NCBI RefSeq assembly: GCF_006345805.1
Contig: NW_021826370.1
Location: forward strand, 1 to 12,971
Length of the DNA: 12,971 nt
Origin: Octopus sinensis
Lineage: Eukaryota
Direction: 5' to 3'
The position numbers and the translations under genes are program-made. The notes below the pieces were generated by a model. The model had not been told where the DNA came from. It ran no database searches and saw nothing but the letters and a program-made list of their open reading frames with translations. Positions 1 to 9,310 of the stretch are shown piece by piece (the first letter of the stretch is position 1; every line of letters starts with the position of its first letter).

Positions 1-625
1 ACGCAAGTGTGTTGTGTGTGTGTGTGTGTGAAGATAAAGGATTTTAAGAAATGTAAAATCTTCATTTGCAGGTATCCCAGTCACACCCTTTGCACATTTA
101 TTTCTCATTTCTCGAAATAAGGATCTCGTGAGAAACGTCAGAATTCAACCGCTTGGCATGGCATACAAATATCTTTCACTAATTTTATTAACATTTTTGA
201 CTGAGGCTATTTTTTGTTAGGTTCTTTTTCTTCTCTTTTTTAATGCAGGTTATCACTAGTTTTCTCAGATTTTAGGTGCTGTATTTTCTTTTTTTAAATT
301 TTCTTGTAATTGCCAATCTATTTCGTTAACATTCGTGTGAATGGCTTTAATTTGGAGCATATTACAATCAGTATTCAAAAGTATGCATGATACCGGTCAG
401 CATTATTCTCATTCCATGTATGAATCAGCGATTCATTCCATGTATAATCTACGCATAAATCAACGCGGGGATCCCTTCATGGTCGCTTAACCAAGCAGAA
501 ATAGCAATGATATATTATTCAAATCACAACCTGCTTTCTCAGGTAATGAAGGATACATAAGGCAATGTGGTATCTGGCATATACAATACAGAATGAAGCA
601 CGGGTTGAACTACTCATAAGAAGTC

Positions 626-628
<3 letters not shown>

Positions 629-692
<64 letters not shown>
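629..692. repeat. (TA)n microsatellite
   Basis: Near-perfect TA run abutting the 3' tail of the SINE at 693. Confidence 0.97.
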
Positions 693-693
<1 letters not shown>

Positions 694-1090
694 TTCTCTT
701 TACTTGTTTCAGTCATTTGACTGCGGCCATGCTGGAGCACCGCCTATGGTCGATCAAATCAACCCGGGACTATTCTTTGTAAGCCCAGTACTTATTCTAT
801 CGGTCTCTTTGCCGAACGCTAAGTGACGGGGACGAAACACACCAGCATCGGTTGTCAAGCAATGCTAGGGGGACAAACACAGACACAAAAAATATAAACA
901 CACATACACATATATATATACATATATACGACAGGCTTCTTTCAGTTTCCGTCTACCAAATCCACTCCACAAGGCATTGGTCGGCCCGGGGATATAGCAG
1001 AAGGCACTGCCCAAGATGCCGCGCAGTGGGACTGAACCCGGAACCATGGTTGGTAAGCAAGCTACTTACCACACAGCCACTCCTGCGCCT
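693..1090 (-). mobile_element. tRNA-derived SINE, apparently full length
   Basis: The minus strand starts AGGCGCAGGAGTGGCTGTGTGGTAAG (A-box-like TGGCTGTGTGG), has B-box-like GGTTCAGTCCC, and ends GGCGGTGCTCCAGCATGGCCGCAGTCAAATGACTGAAACAAGTAAAGAG. It resembles an abundant octopus SINE (recognised from memory, not searched) and is flanked by (TA)n on both sides. Confidence 0.88.
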
Positions 1091-1091
1091 A

Positions 1092-1147
<56 letters not shown>

Positions 1148-1157
1148 GCATGTCATG

Positions 1158-1221
<64 letters not shown>

Positions 1222-1222
1222 C

Positions 1223-1308
<86 letters not shown>
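1091..1308. repeat. Compound microsatellite: (TA)n at 1091-1147, then (TAGA)n at 1158-1308
   Basis: Directly visible; explains the IYLS/YLSI ORFs. Confidence 0.97.
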
Positions 1309-1321
1309 TAGATATGTACAT

Positions 1322-1370
1322 ATATGAGATGATATCAAAAGTTCCCGGATTAGTTATGTAGCGCGCCAAC
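1322..1370 (+). mobile_element. Possible Tc1/mariner terminal fragment interrupted by the following SINE
   Basis: TATGAGATGATATCAAAAGTTCCCGGATTAG resembles mariner-type TIR starts preceded by TA. No partner TIR was found in the window. Confidence 0.3.
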
Positions 1371-1378
1371 ATATTGTA

Positions 1379-1756
1379 GAGGTGCAATGGCCCAGTGGTT
1401 AGGGCAGCAGACTCGCGGTCGTAAGATCGCGGTTTCGATTCTCAGACCGTGCGTTGTGAGTGATTATTGAGCTAAAAACACCTAAATCTCCACGAGGCTC
1501 CGGCAGGGGGTGGTGGTGAAGTCTGCTGTACTCTTTCACCACAACTTTCTCTCACTCTTTCTTCCTGTTTCTGTTGTACTTGCATTTCAAAGGGCCAGCC
1601 TTGTCACACTCTGTGTCACACTGAATCTCCCCGAAAACTACTTAAGGGAACACGTATGTTTGTGTGCTCAGTCACCTGCACGTTAATTTCTCGAGCAGGC
1701 TGTTCCGTTGATGGTATCAGCTGGGACTATCGTCGTCGTAACAGACGGAGTGCTCC
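1379..1756 (+). mobile_element. tRNA-derived SINE, head family shared with 6917-7219
   Basis: A box TGGCCCAGTGG (1388-1398) and B-box-like GGTTTCGATTC (1431-1441). The first ~185 nt are homologous to the minus-strand copy at 7038-7219. It ends in a (TG)n tail. Confidence 0.88.
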
Positions 1757-1757
1757 T

Positions 1758-1758
1758 T

Positions 1759-1820
<62 letters not shown>

Positions 1821-1832
1821 TGTGTGTGTGTG

Positions 1833-1864
<32 letters not shown>

Positions 1865-1897
1865 TGTATGTATGTATGTATGTATGTATGTATGTAT
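1758..1897. repeat. Compound microsatellite (TG)n then (TATG)n
   Basis: Directly visible. Confidence 0.97.
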
Positions 1898-2112
1898 AGT
1901 TCATATTATCAGAATTTTTTGTCGGAAACTTCGAGAGATATGAAAGGAATCGTTTTAAATTGAAGTAAATAAAGATATAAATAACAGCATGTAGAACATT
2001 AGATAAAAAAAAACCTTGGAGAGGAAAATTTTGGTGTCTATTCCAAGGGCACCAATCAAGATTTTTTTTTTTATCAAAAGCTTTTTAATCCAATATTATA
2101 CATCTTGTTAAT

Positions 2113-2310
2113 TAAGTATTATAATATATATATCTATATATAATATATATCTATATATATATATATATATATAGGGAGAGAGAGAGAAATAGAGAGAGAG
2201 AAAGAGAAATAGTGAGAGAGAGAAATACAGAGAGAAAGAAACAGTGTGATAGGCATCTAGAAAGAGAGAGGGAGAAAGCATAAAGGATAGAGAGACGCAG
2301 AGGGACAAAG
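2113..2310. repeat. (TA)n followed by degenerate (GA)-rich low-complexity tract
   Basis: Directly visible. Confidence 0.9.
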
Positions 2311-3524
2311 AGGCAAATTATACGTTTTGATAACTACTAATCAAAAACCTTCCCCTTGTGACGTAGATTTCGGAAATCAAATTCGTTTTTCTCCGCTTCG
2401 GAGCCTTTCGGCGACATATACATGCACACATACACACATACACTCTCAATTATATATTAGCTATATAAATATATATGTGTGTCTGTTTGTATGTATATGT
2501 GTGTATGTGTATGTGTGTGTGTCTGTGTGTATCAAATTATCAAATACCCTTGCTTGTATACAACACGTACATTCCCGTCTATCTTTCTATTTATCTATCA
2601 AATGTCCCATTTGTTTGACTATCTATCCATACATTCTTCTGTAAATAAGTAATAAATTGGTGACACAAATCAGTCTATTTATCTGTTTGTCTCATTAACA
2701 TTTATGCTACAGCGTTATCACGAACAAATTCTCTTAAATAACTCTATTTTTAACCATTATGAAGCCATTTTCAGAACATACTAACAAACGAACAAAACAA
2801 AACTGATGTATTAACAGCATTAATACGACTATTGAACACGGGATTTACTGATTTACTGATAGTCATGCAACTATAGATAACCTTTACATTTTGCCAGTCA
2901 TGTAGCTTGGAATATATGTGTCCTGTGGTGAAATGTTTCCGGATCAGGTTAAGGCGCCGCATGAACACGAGCACAAGATTTGCCGATATTCATTCTGAAC
3001 TACGTTGCATAACCCTTGACTAATATATGCTGCCGTTGAGACGCAAAGCAAGATAACGAACGGCAAATCGTTCGTTTGTCGATAATAGCGTCCATTTTGT
3101 TGATTCATCAACGACAGTTTCAGCTTAGCTTGAAATACACGCTGAACAAACTCTAGATAATAAGTCGTGGCGAACTGGCAGCAGTTATATTAAGATGCAT
3201 TGTTGTAGGTGATCGTGATGTGAGGTGCAGAAGGTAAGGGTGGAGATGGAAATGTATTATTGCGTTTTAATATTTTTGTATTGTATTGATGTTGAGTGTG
3301 CATAACAGGCAGAGTATTGTCTCGTATGGTATTGATGGTGCCATTCATTATTTGTGTTAGTGGGTTAGTATTGATGATGGTATTAGATCTTCGCGATTAT
3401 GTTAGTATTGGCTCTGATGTTGGCGATGGCGCTTATGGTGGGGGGTGCGATGGCGTACTTTCTTTTTCGCCTTCTTCCGCTACTACCACATCATCTGTTG
3501 CAACTAATTTTTCTTCTTAACTTT

Positions 3525-3700
3525 TTTTAGCCCCAGCTCAGTCCCAAACGAGCAAACGTGTGCTCAAAGGCGTTCCAGCCATGATCATCCCCTTTTTTGT
3601 TCATACAGAACTATATCTTCCAAACAATCCAATGTGTCCTTCCTTTCTTTAAGGTGGTAGATGCGATCTGAAGTTGTGATTTCCAGCTGTTTCCATTTCA
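3525..3700. repeat. Degenerate interspersed repeat fragment, family unassigned
   Basis: TTTTAGCCCCAGCTCAGTCCC...AAAGGCGTTCCAGCCATGATCATCCC resembles a common octopus interspersed repeat, from memory only. Confidence 0.35.
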
Positions 3701-3829
3701 TTCTTTGGCTCTTATTTAACTATGTTCAAACGCAAGCAACCGCTTAACCCTGTCGTCGTTGTTTCCACCGTTGTTGATGTTGTTATTGTTCTCGAACTTG
3801 TTTAATTCCACGCCATTCTTACTTTTTAG

Positions 3830-3900
3830 TGGAGGTGGAATATGATGACCTACCTCCAGTCGTGAACTATGACGATTTGAAACCGTATATAAACTGGTGA
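3830..3900 (+). CDS. Candidate terminal coding exon of an unknown host gene (xEVEYDDLPPVVNYDDLKPYINW*)
   Basis: Pyrimidine-rich acceptor TTCTTACTTTTTAG (AG at 3828-3829), open frame to TGA at 3898-3900, YDDL encoded twice with different synonymous codons, and AATAAA at 3981. Confidence 0.4.
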
Positions 3901-4485
3901 AACGTAAATGAGCTTTTTAATATTTTTGGAAAGACTACACACATGATACAACAATAGAAAAAAAAAGATATAAAAACTTAAATAAAAACAGTTGAATGGT
4001 ACTGCTCGAGAGTGGGGTTCGTGTAGCCATTACACCTTCATTAATTATAATCCATTTTCATTCATCCGTTTCATGTTTTTGTCCCCACTTGTATTATTCT
4101 GTCTGTCCTTGTGCCGTCCCCTCTGTGTCCGGGTCTGTGTGCCTAATAAAAAGAGGACGCTGAGTATCGTACCTATGTTCGAGTAGTACGGAGTGCATTC
4201 TGTGTTGATATATATTTCTGTGATAGGATATTTTTAGATAACCCAACCAACTATTTGTTTGTGTAATACCATTTTACACCAGACATGTATACTTACGTCA
4301 TAGCAATAACACATAGGGCAAGTATCTTCTATCATAATCTCGAGTCAACCTAAGACTTTTGAGCAAAGTTCGGTAGGCAGAAACTATGTAGAAGATTGCA
4401 GTGGGGGGAGTAGATATGTTCTTGAGCGAAAGCGCAGAATTCAAAGCTTCTCAAGGCACACAAAAATCATGTTTTCATGAATATT

Positions 4486-4648
4486 GGTTTCAAATTTTGG
4501 TACTAGGCTAGCAGGATCGGTGACGGGATTACATCGATCCCAGTGCTTCACTGGTACTTATTTTATCGACGCCAAAAGACTAAAAGTCAAGTCTACCTCG
4601 GTAGAAACTGAACTCAAAACGTAAAGACGGACAAAATACCGCTAAGCC
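4486..4648 (-). mobile_element. 5'-truncated SINE of a third family
   Basis: Contains GGTTTCAAATTTTGG...ATTACATCGATCCCAGTG...GGTACTTATTTTATCGAC...GAACTCAAAACGTAAAGACGGAC, matching a remembered abundant octopus SINE body. The head is replaced by (TA)n. A second, inverted fragment lies at 5581-5653. Confidence 0.7.
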
Positions 4649-4659
4649 TATAATATATA

Positions 4660-4715
<56 letters not shown>

Positions 4716-4870
4716 TGTATGTAATGTATGTATGTATGTATGCATGTATGTATGTATGTATGTATGTATGTATGTATGTATATGTATGTATCTATGTATG
4801 TATGCAAACAGGAAAATAGAACTCAAACGTGACTATATATTATATATATATATATATTATATATATATAA
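4649..4870. repeat. Compound (TA)n / (TATG)n microsatellites
   Basis: Directly visible. Confidence 0.95.
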
Positions 4871-4910
4871 TAAATAAATGGAGTTTAACGCAGGTGTAAT
4901 CAAATATTTT

Positions 4911-4994
4911 ACTTTCGACACATGTTTCGAAATTCCACTGAACTATTCAAAAGAATAAATGGTATAAACAATGCAATCTTCTCCTCAGGAAAGT
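4911..4994 (-). ncRNA. Type I hammerhead ribozyme, intact core
   Basis: Minus strand reads ACUUUC CUGAGGA GAAGAUUGCAUUG-loop-CAGUGGAAUUUC GAAA C AUGU G UC GAAAGU. Stem I ACUUUC/GAAAGU is a perfect 6 bp, stem II is extended, stem III is minimal with a palindromic AUGU loop, and the triplet is GUC (cut between 4917 and 4916). Confidence 0.88.
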
Positions 4995-5170
4995 GAAAAA
5001 AGCGAAACTCGTCAATAAGACATTAGCAAAAAATGATGGATTTGTATAGCGAGAGGACAGAACATATTAATATGGTTTAAAAAAACGTATATGATATAAC
5101 GTCATAAGTAGCTAACAGAAGAGTAGGGATACAATAGTGAATGTTAAAATAAAGGAAATTAAAGTTTAAA

Positions 5171-5407
5171 TTATATATAATGATAGAGACTACTTATATG
5201 CACTAAATGTATGTTTTGCCAATGCTTACATCTGTATGCTCGTTCTATAACCGTGTTTACTAGAGTATTTTTAGAAAAAATAATGAAAAATAGCTCAGAA
5301 TTACAGAGAAGACAGAATTCCTTGCCTTTGTCATATGGTATCGAAATTGAGAGAATCAACCATTCTAAATGAAATTGTTCATTGTGGTCTTTTAAATCCC
5401 AAATATA
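5171..5407 (-). pseudogene. C-terminal fragment of a PLE GIY-YIG endonuclease ORF
   Basis: Open frame YIWDLKDHNEQFHLEWLILSISIPYDKGKEFCLLCNSELFFIIFSKNTLVNTVIERAYRCKHW fits the PLE tail pattern YIWxLK...WxIL...PY...CxLC..E......LxN...E...CxH. It is 5'-truncated at a TA tract. Confidence 0.75.
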
Positions 5408-5580
5408 TATATATGTATAGTAAAGTACTGTCCCGACTTTTAGGGCGTATAAGTAACCGAGATTACATTTCCCCTGGACTCCAATCTACTTCAAGGTAAT
5501 TCATTTACAGCTAAGTAAACTGGAGTAAAGTGAAATGACGTGTTTTGCTCATATATGTATACAAACTATATATATTTTTT

Positions 5581-5653
5581 CCGTCTTTGCGTTTTGAGTT
5601 CAAATTCTACAGAGGTAGATTTTGCCTTTTAGTCTTTTGGGGGTCGATTAAAA
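5581..5653 (+). mobile_element. SINE body fragment, inverted relative to 4561-4631
   Basis: Its reverse complement aligns over ~70 nt to 4561-4631. Confidence 0.7.
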
Positions 5654-5693
5654 TTCTTTAAAATTTTACTTTTCATTATACAAAATATATATA

Positions 5694-6236
5694 TTGGGCT
5701 GTCCAGAAAGTTCGTGCCGATTTATAGTGGCTTATATTTCGACTTATTTTAGAACACGGTTGAGTCCATAAAACAGAATTTGATTGCACCTCCATTTAGA
5801 GCACAGTTTAAGCTATCATTTCGTGGAAGAATGTTTATGTTCCTATAGCCTGTGTTAATTCTGTAACCCTTTAAAATGGAAGATAAGAAAGTTCATTTTC
5901 GGCATTTGATGCTTTGGGAACCAGACAAAAATTGCTGCAGCTCGGCTGGGGTGCGTTACCCCACCCTCCATATTCACCAGATATTGTTCCTTCGGATTTC
6001 CACTTATTCAGGTCTCTGCAGAATGGTAAAAATGTCAAGTAAATGATACCGTGATGAATTCTTTGCCATGAAACCACCTCAATTCTGGGAAGAGGGTATT
6101 TTCAAGTTAAAGGAAAGATGGAGACACATTCTGCAACAAAATGGTTCATATTTGGTTGATTAAAAATGTAATGGCAAGTACTTATTGACCATTTTCTTTC
6201 CTTTATAAATCGGCACGAACTTTCCGGAAAACCCAA
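5694..6236 (+). mobile_element. Internally deleted non-autonomous mariner transposon (543 bp)
   Basis: 33-bp TIRs at 5694-5726 and 6204-6236 with 3 mismatches, TA on both sides (5692-5693, 6237-6238), and transposase remnants inside. Confidence 0.95.
5876..6163 (+). pseudogene. Mariner transposase remnant, N- and C-terminal pieces only
   Basis: MEDKKVHFRHLMLWE (5876-5920) is fused out of frame to TRQKLLQLGWGALPHPPYSPDIVPSDFHLFRSLQN (YSPDL-type motif), then EFFAMKPPQFWEEGIFKLKERWRHILQQNGSYLVD* (stop 6161-6163). Confidence 0.93.
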
Positions 6237-6345
6237 TAATATATGTTTTGCTAAACTGGTTAAATTTTTTACCCTTGTACTATTAATGCCCATTCAGATA
6301 TCATTGTGACGTCCCTTGTTTTCTATTTTAGGCCGCTTTAACTGA

Positions 6346-6753
6346 TAATGAAAAACCCATGAAAAACTAGCCCGAAGATTTAGGAAAGCTCTGAAGGAGG
6401 CCAAATTTAACATTAAGATCGTTGAAAAGCCAGGGAGCTCCATCAGATCACAACTAAGTAGGAATACCCCTTTGAGAATACCACATGCACCAATGATAAC
6501 CGCATGGTATGTAAGATTAACCTGGCATTAAGTGTAGAACTAGAAATGTAAAGACATGAACATGTTATACATAGGCAAGACATCTAGAAGTATTGCGGAC
6601 ATTTGAGATAATATGACAACAAAAACCCAGCTCTCCACACTCTGCCAACATGCCAAAAACCAGCATAGACTTCACATCCACATTTTATCCAAGCATCCTA
6701 AGGACCCTACACTCAGAAAAATGCAGGAGTACGCTCTCATAAATGAAACATAG
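6346..6753 (+). pseudogene. Degraded PLE linker and GIY-YIG endonuclease of a different lineage
   Basis: Across frameshifts: EKLARRFRKALKEAKFNIKIVEKPGSSIRSQLSR, PFENTTCTNDNRMVCK, CRTRNV, CKDMNMLYIGKTSRS (YIG at 6568-6576), LCQHAKNQH...ILSKHPKDPTLRKMQEYALINET*. The GIY half appears deleted. Confidence 0.8.
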
Positions 6754-6916
6754 GAAATATACGTAGAAGGTCGTCATACCCCAATACCTACAGTTTATAT
6801 ATACACATGTAGAGTTGTTAGTAGGCAGTGATGTAGACGAGTATGTGGGGTTTCAATGTTTGATTGCAAATATATATATATATATTTATTTACACACACA
6901 CACATATATATATATA

Positions 6917-7219
6917 TCACGTGATCACGTGACCGACCAGACCATCAGATGTTGCTACACATCGCTGTTCACAATGCGTTCGCATTGTCTTAGCCTTCGA
7001 ATGACGCCACTCCGCTGGGTAAGCGAGCAGGCCAACAGAAGAAACAGTGAGAGAAAGAGTGGTAAAAGAGTACATCAGGGATCACCACCCCCTGCCGGAG
7101 CGTCGTGGAGCTTTTAGGTGTTGTCGCTCAATAAACGCACACAACGCCCGGTCTGGGAATCGAAACGCGATCCTACGACAGCGAGTCCGCTGCCCTGCCC
7201 ACTGGGCCATTGCGCCTCC
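6917..7219 (-). mobile_element. tRNA-derived SINE with the same head as 1379-1756 but a different 3' half
   Basis: Minus strand reads GGAGGCGCAATGGCCCAGTGGGCAGGGCAGCGGACTCG...TTTCGATTCCCAGACC, with a tail ending GGTCGGTCACGTGATCACGTGATA. Confidence 0.88.
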
Positions 7220-7220
7220 A

Positions 7221-7632
<412 letters not shown>

Positions 7633-7687
7633 TTCTCGTGTGTAAATTTGTGTTTTTTGTCTTTTTTTTTTTAATTGCCATGTTTTT

Positions 7688-7797
7688 CATGGCGGCATAA
7701 TGCACCCCTTATTCTTTCGGAATTAGGAATATGCAGCCTTCGAAACATGTGTCGAGAGTAAAGGAATTTTGTAAAATCGTCGTTCGACTCCATTCTT
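7688..7797 (+). mobile_element. 5'-truncated PLE terminus with the 3' half of a hammerhead
   Basis: GGCGGCAUA...UAUGCAGCC stem II remnant, then UUUC GAAA C AUGU G UC GAGAGU. CUGANGA is missing. The end CGTTCGACTCCATT-(TA)n is homologous to the ends of the 4871 and 8400 copies. Confidence 0.65.
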
Positions 7798-8080
7798 ATA
7801 TATATATATAATATATATATATATGCTTATATATATGCTTATATAATATATATATATATATATATATTGTGAAATAGAAAGATGAATATCTTGTTGCAGA
7901 TTATCAAAAGTTTTAACCGATTACCGTGGTAGCGAAAATCACAGCAGAAGACAGCACGGTTGGAGGTACAACCATATGGTGTTGCAACCATGCGTTGGTG
8001 CGGATAATTGAATTTTAATATTATTAGTGAATTGAAGAAATGGAGTTGAACGAAGATTGAACAGAAATCGTTTTATTGCA

Positions 8081-8163
8081 TTCTTACACGTGTTTCGAAA
8101 GCCACAATTTACCAAATTCCGATTGAATAAGGAGACCATATGTGTCTTTCTCTTCAGGAAGAA
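8081..8163 (-). ncRNA. Type I hammerhead motif, weak stem I
   Basis: UUC CUGAAGA GAAAG-A-CACA...UGUG-G-CUUUC GAAA C ACGU G UA AGAA. Core, stem II and stem III are good; stem I is only 3 bp with a bulged A. Confidence 0.65.
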
Positions 8164-8269
8164 ATAGGAAATCCGTTGGCAAAAACAAAACAGAACAAGA
8201 GGGCAGCAAAAAAATCGAACGAGGCTCCTAAGAGCCATGGCCAACCCATTTTGCCAACGGATTTCCTAT

Positions 8270-8350
8270 TTCTTCCTGAAGAGAAAGACACAATATGGTC
8301 TCCTTATTCATCGGAATTTGGTAAATTGTGGCTTCGAAAACGGTGTAGAA
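8270..8350 (+). ncRNA. Degenerate hammerhead copy in the right arm of the inverted repeat
   Basis: UUC CUGAAGA GAAAG...CUUC GAAA ACGGUG UA GAA; stem III is disrupted. Confidence 0.45.
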
Positions 8351-8399
8351 TGAATAAACGATTTCTGTTCAATCTTCGTTCAACTCCATTTCTTCAATT

Positions 8400-8401
<2 letters not shown>

Positions 8402-8458
<57 letters not shown>

Positions 8459-8525
8459 ATGTATCTATATATGTATGTTATAATATATACTATATATATA
8501 TATATATATTATATATATATATATA

Positions 8526-8575
<50 letters not shown>
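8402..8575. repeat. (TA)n microsatellite
   Basis: Directly visible. Confidence 0.96.
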
Positions 8576-8576
<1 letters not shown>

Positions 8577-8577
<1 letters not shown>

Positions 8578-8675
8578 AACTAAGTTATAGAACAAACAAA
8601 TGCAAGGTCATCCGCATAACATTTCATAATTCGAAACATTATAACCTTGCATTGTTTGTTCTATAACCTTAGTTT
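8577..8675. repeat. Short fold-back, ~32-35 bp arms
   Basis: AAACTAAGTTATAGAACAAACAAATGCAAGGT (8577-8608) vs ACCTTGCATTGTTTGTTCTATAACCTTAGTTT (8644-8675), differing by two single-base indels. Confidence 0.9.
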
Positions 8676-8754
8676 ATATATTTGTCTCTTTCAATTGAGC
8701 ACTTCTATAGCAGTCCTATTAAACTTTTGTTCCTGATAAGAAACAATCACTGTA

Positions 8755-8930
8755 TTATTGATATATATATATATCTATATATATATATATATATAGATAT
8801 ATATATTTATATAGTTATATATATATATAATATATATATATATACCCATATATATATACCCATGTATATATATATACCCATATATATATATATACCCCTA
8901 TATTATAGGTAAATGGATATGTAAGTAAAC

Positions 8931-9020
<90 letters not shown>

Positions 9021-9238
9021 GTAATACGGACAGACACGCACACACATACACACACACATGCACAAATGAAGACTGAAACACACGACCATATACACACACG
9101 CATATTTCACGGACACATATGGAGACTCATCTAAACATAACAGACGCACATACATAGTCACACAAACACATACACATAGACAGACTCAAACATGTACACA
9201 CAAGGAGACAGAAGTACATACTCACACACATACAAACA

Positions 9239-9269
<31 letters not shown>

Positions 9270-9310
9270 CACACACATACAAACACACACATACAAACAC
9301 ACAAACATGG
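8755..9310. repeat. (TA)n, then (TAGA)n at 8931-9020, then degenerate (CA)-rich tract
   Basis: Directly visible. Confidence 0.93.

Larger units (their letters stand above)
4871..5407 (-). mobile_element. 3' end of a Penelope-like retroelement: endonuclease C-terminus, 3' UTR and hammerhead ribozyme
   Basis: ORF remnant with a PLE-type C-terminal Cys/His motif, followed on the same strand by a complete HHR. (TA)n lies at both ends. Confidence 0.78.
8029..8400. repeat. Inverted repeat (8029-8184 vs 8249-8400, 64-nt spacer), each arm carrying a hammerhead motif
   Basis: Arms of ~155 bp differ mainly by single-base indels. Confidence 0.92.

Noticed and set aside
100-147. Hammerhead-like GAGAAACGTCAGAA with a partial upstream stem I
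   Set aside because: There is no CUGANGA core on the plus strand, and the minus-strand CUGACGU lacks A9 and a proper GAAA junction.
120-360. Lys-rich minus-strand peptide fragments
   Set aside because: Multiple stops, no recognisable motif, and the composition is explained by T-rich sequence.
1379-1450. tRNA genes at SINE heads (also ~1020-1090 and ~7150-7219)
   Set aside because: A and B boxes are present, but there is no convincing acceptor stem or terminator and each continues into a SINE body.
519-2644. ORFs rich in IY, YLSI, CV and HT repeats (also at 4580-4826, 7047-7700, 8140-9740, 10060-10383, 11726-11929)
   Set aside because: They are translations of (TA)n, (TAGA)n, (TG)n and (TATG)n tracts or SINE bodies, with no protein-like content.
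2944-2946. In-frame TGA as selenocysteine readthrough of the 54-aa ORF
   Set aside because: I could not identify a SECIS-like hairpin and the peptide resembles no selenoprotein family I know.
2911-2990. C2H2 zinc-finger-like reading YMCPV/CGEMF...HEHEH
   Set aside because: It needs a hypothetical 4-nt frameshift and the His spacing does not fit the consensus.
3209-3233. 25-nt microexon joined to the 3830 exon
   Set aside because: Its only open frame ends in phase 2, whereas the 3830 exon needs phase 1.
6800-6860. Hammerhead expected downstream of the 6346-6753 PLE relic
   Set aside because: GTGATGTAGACGAG only loosely resembles a core, and neither GAAA nor stems could be built.
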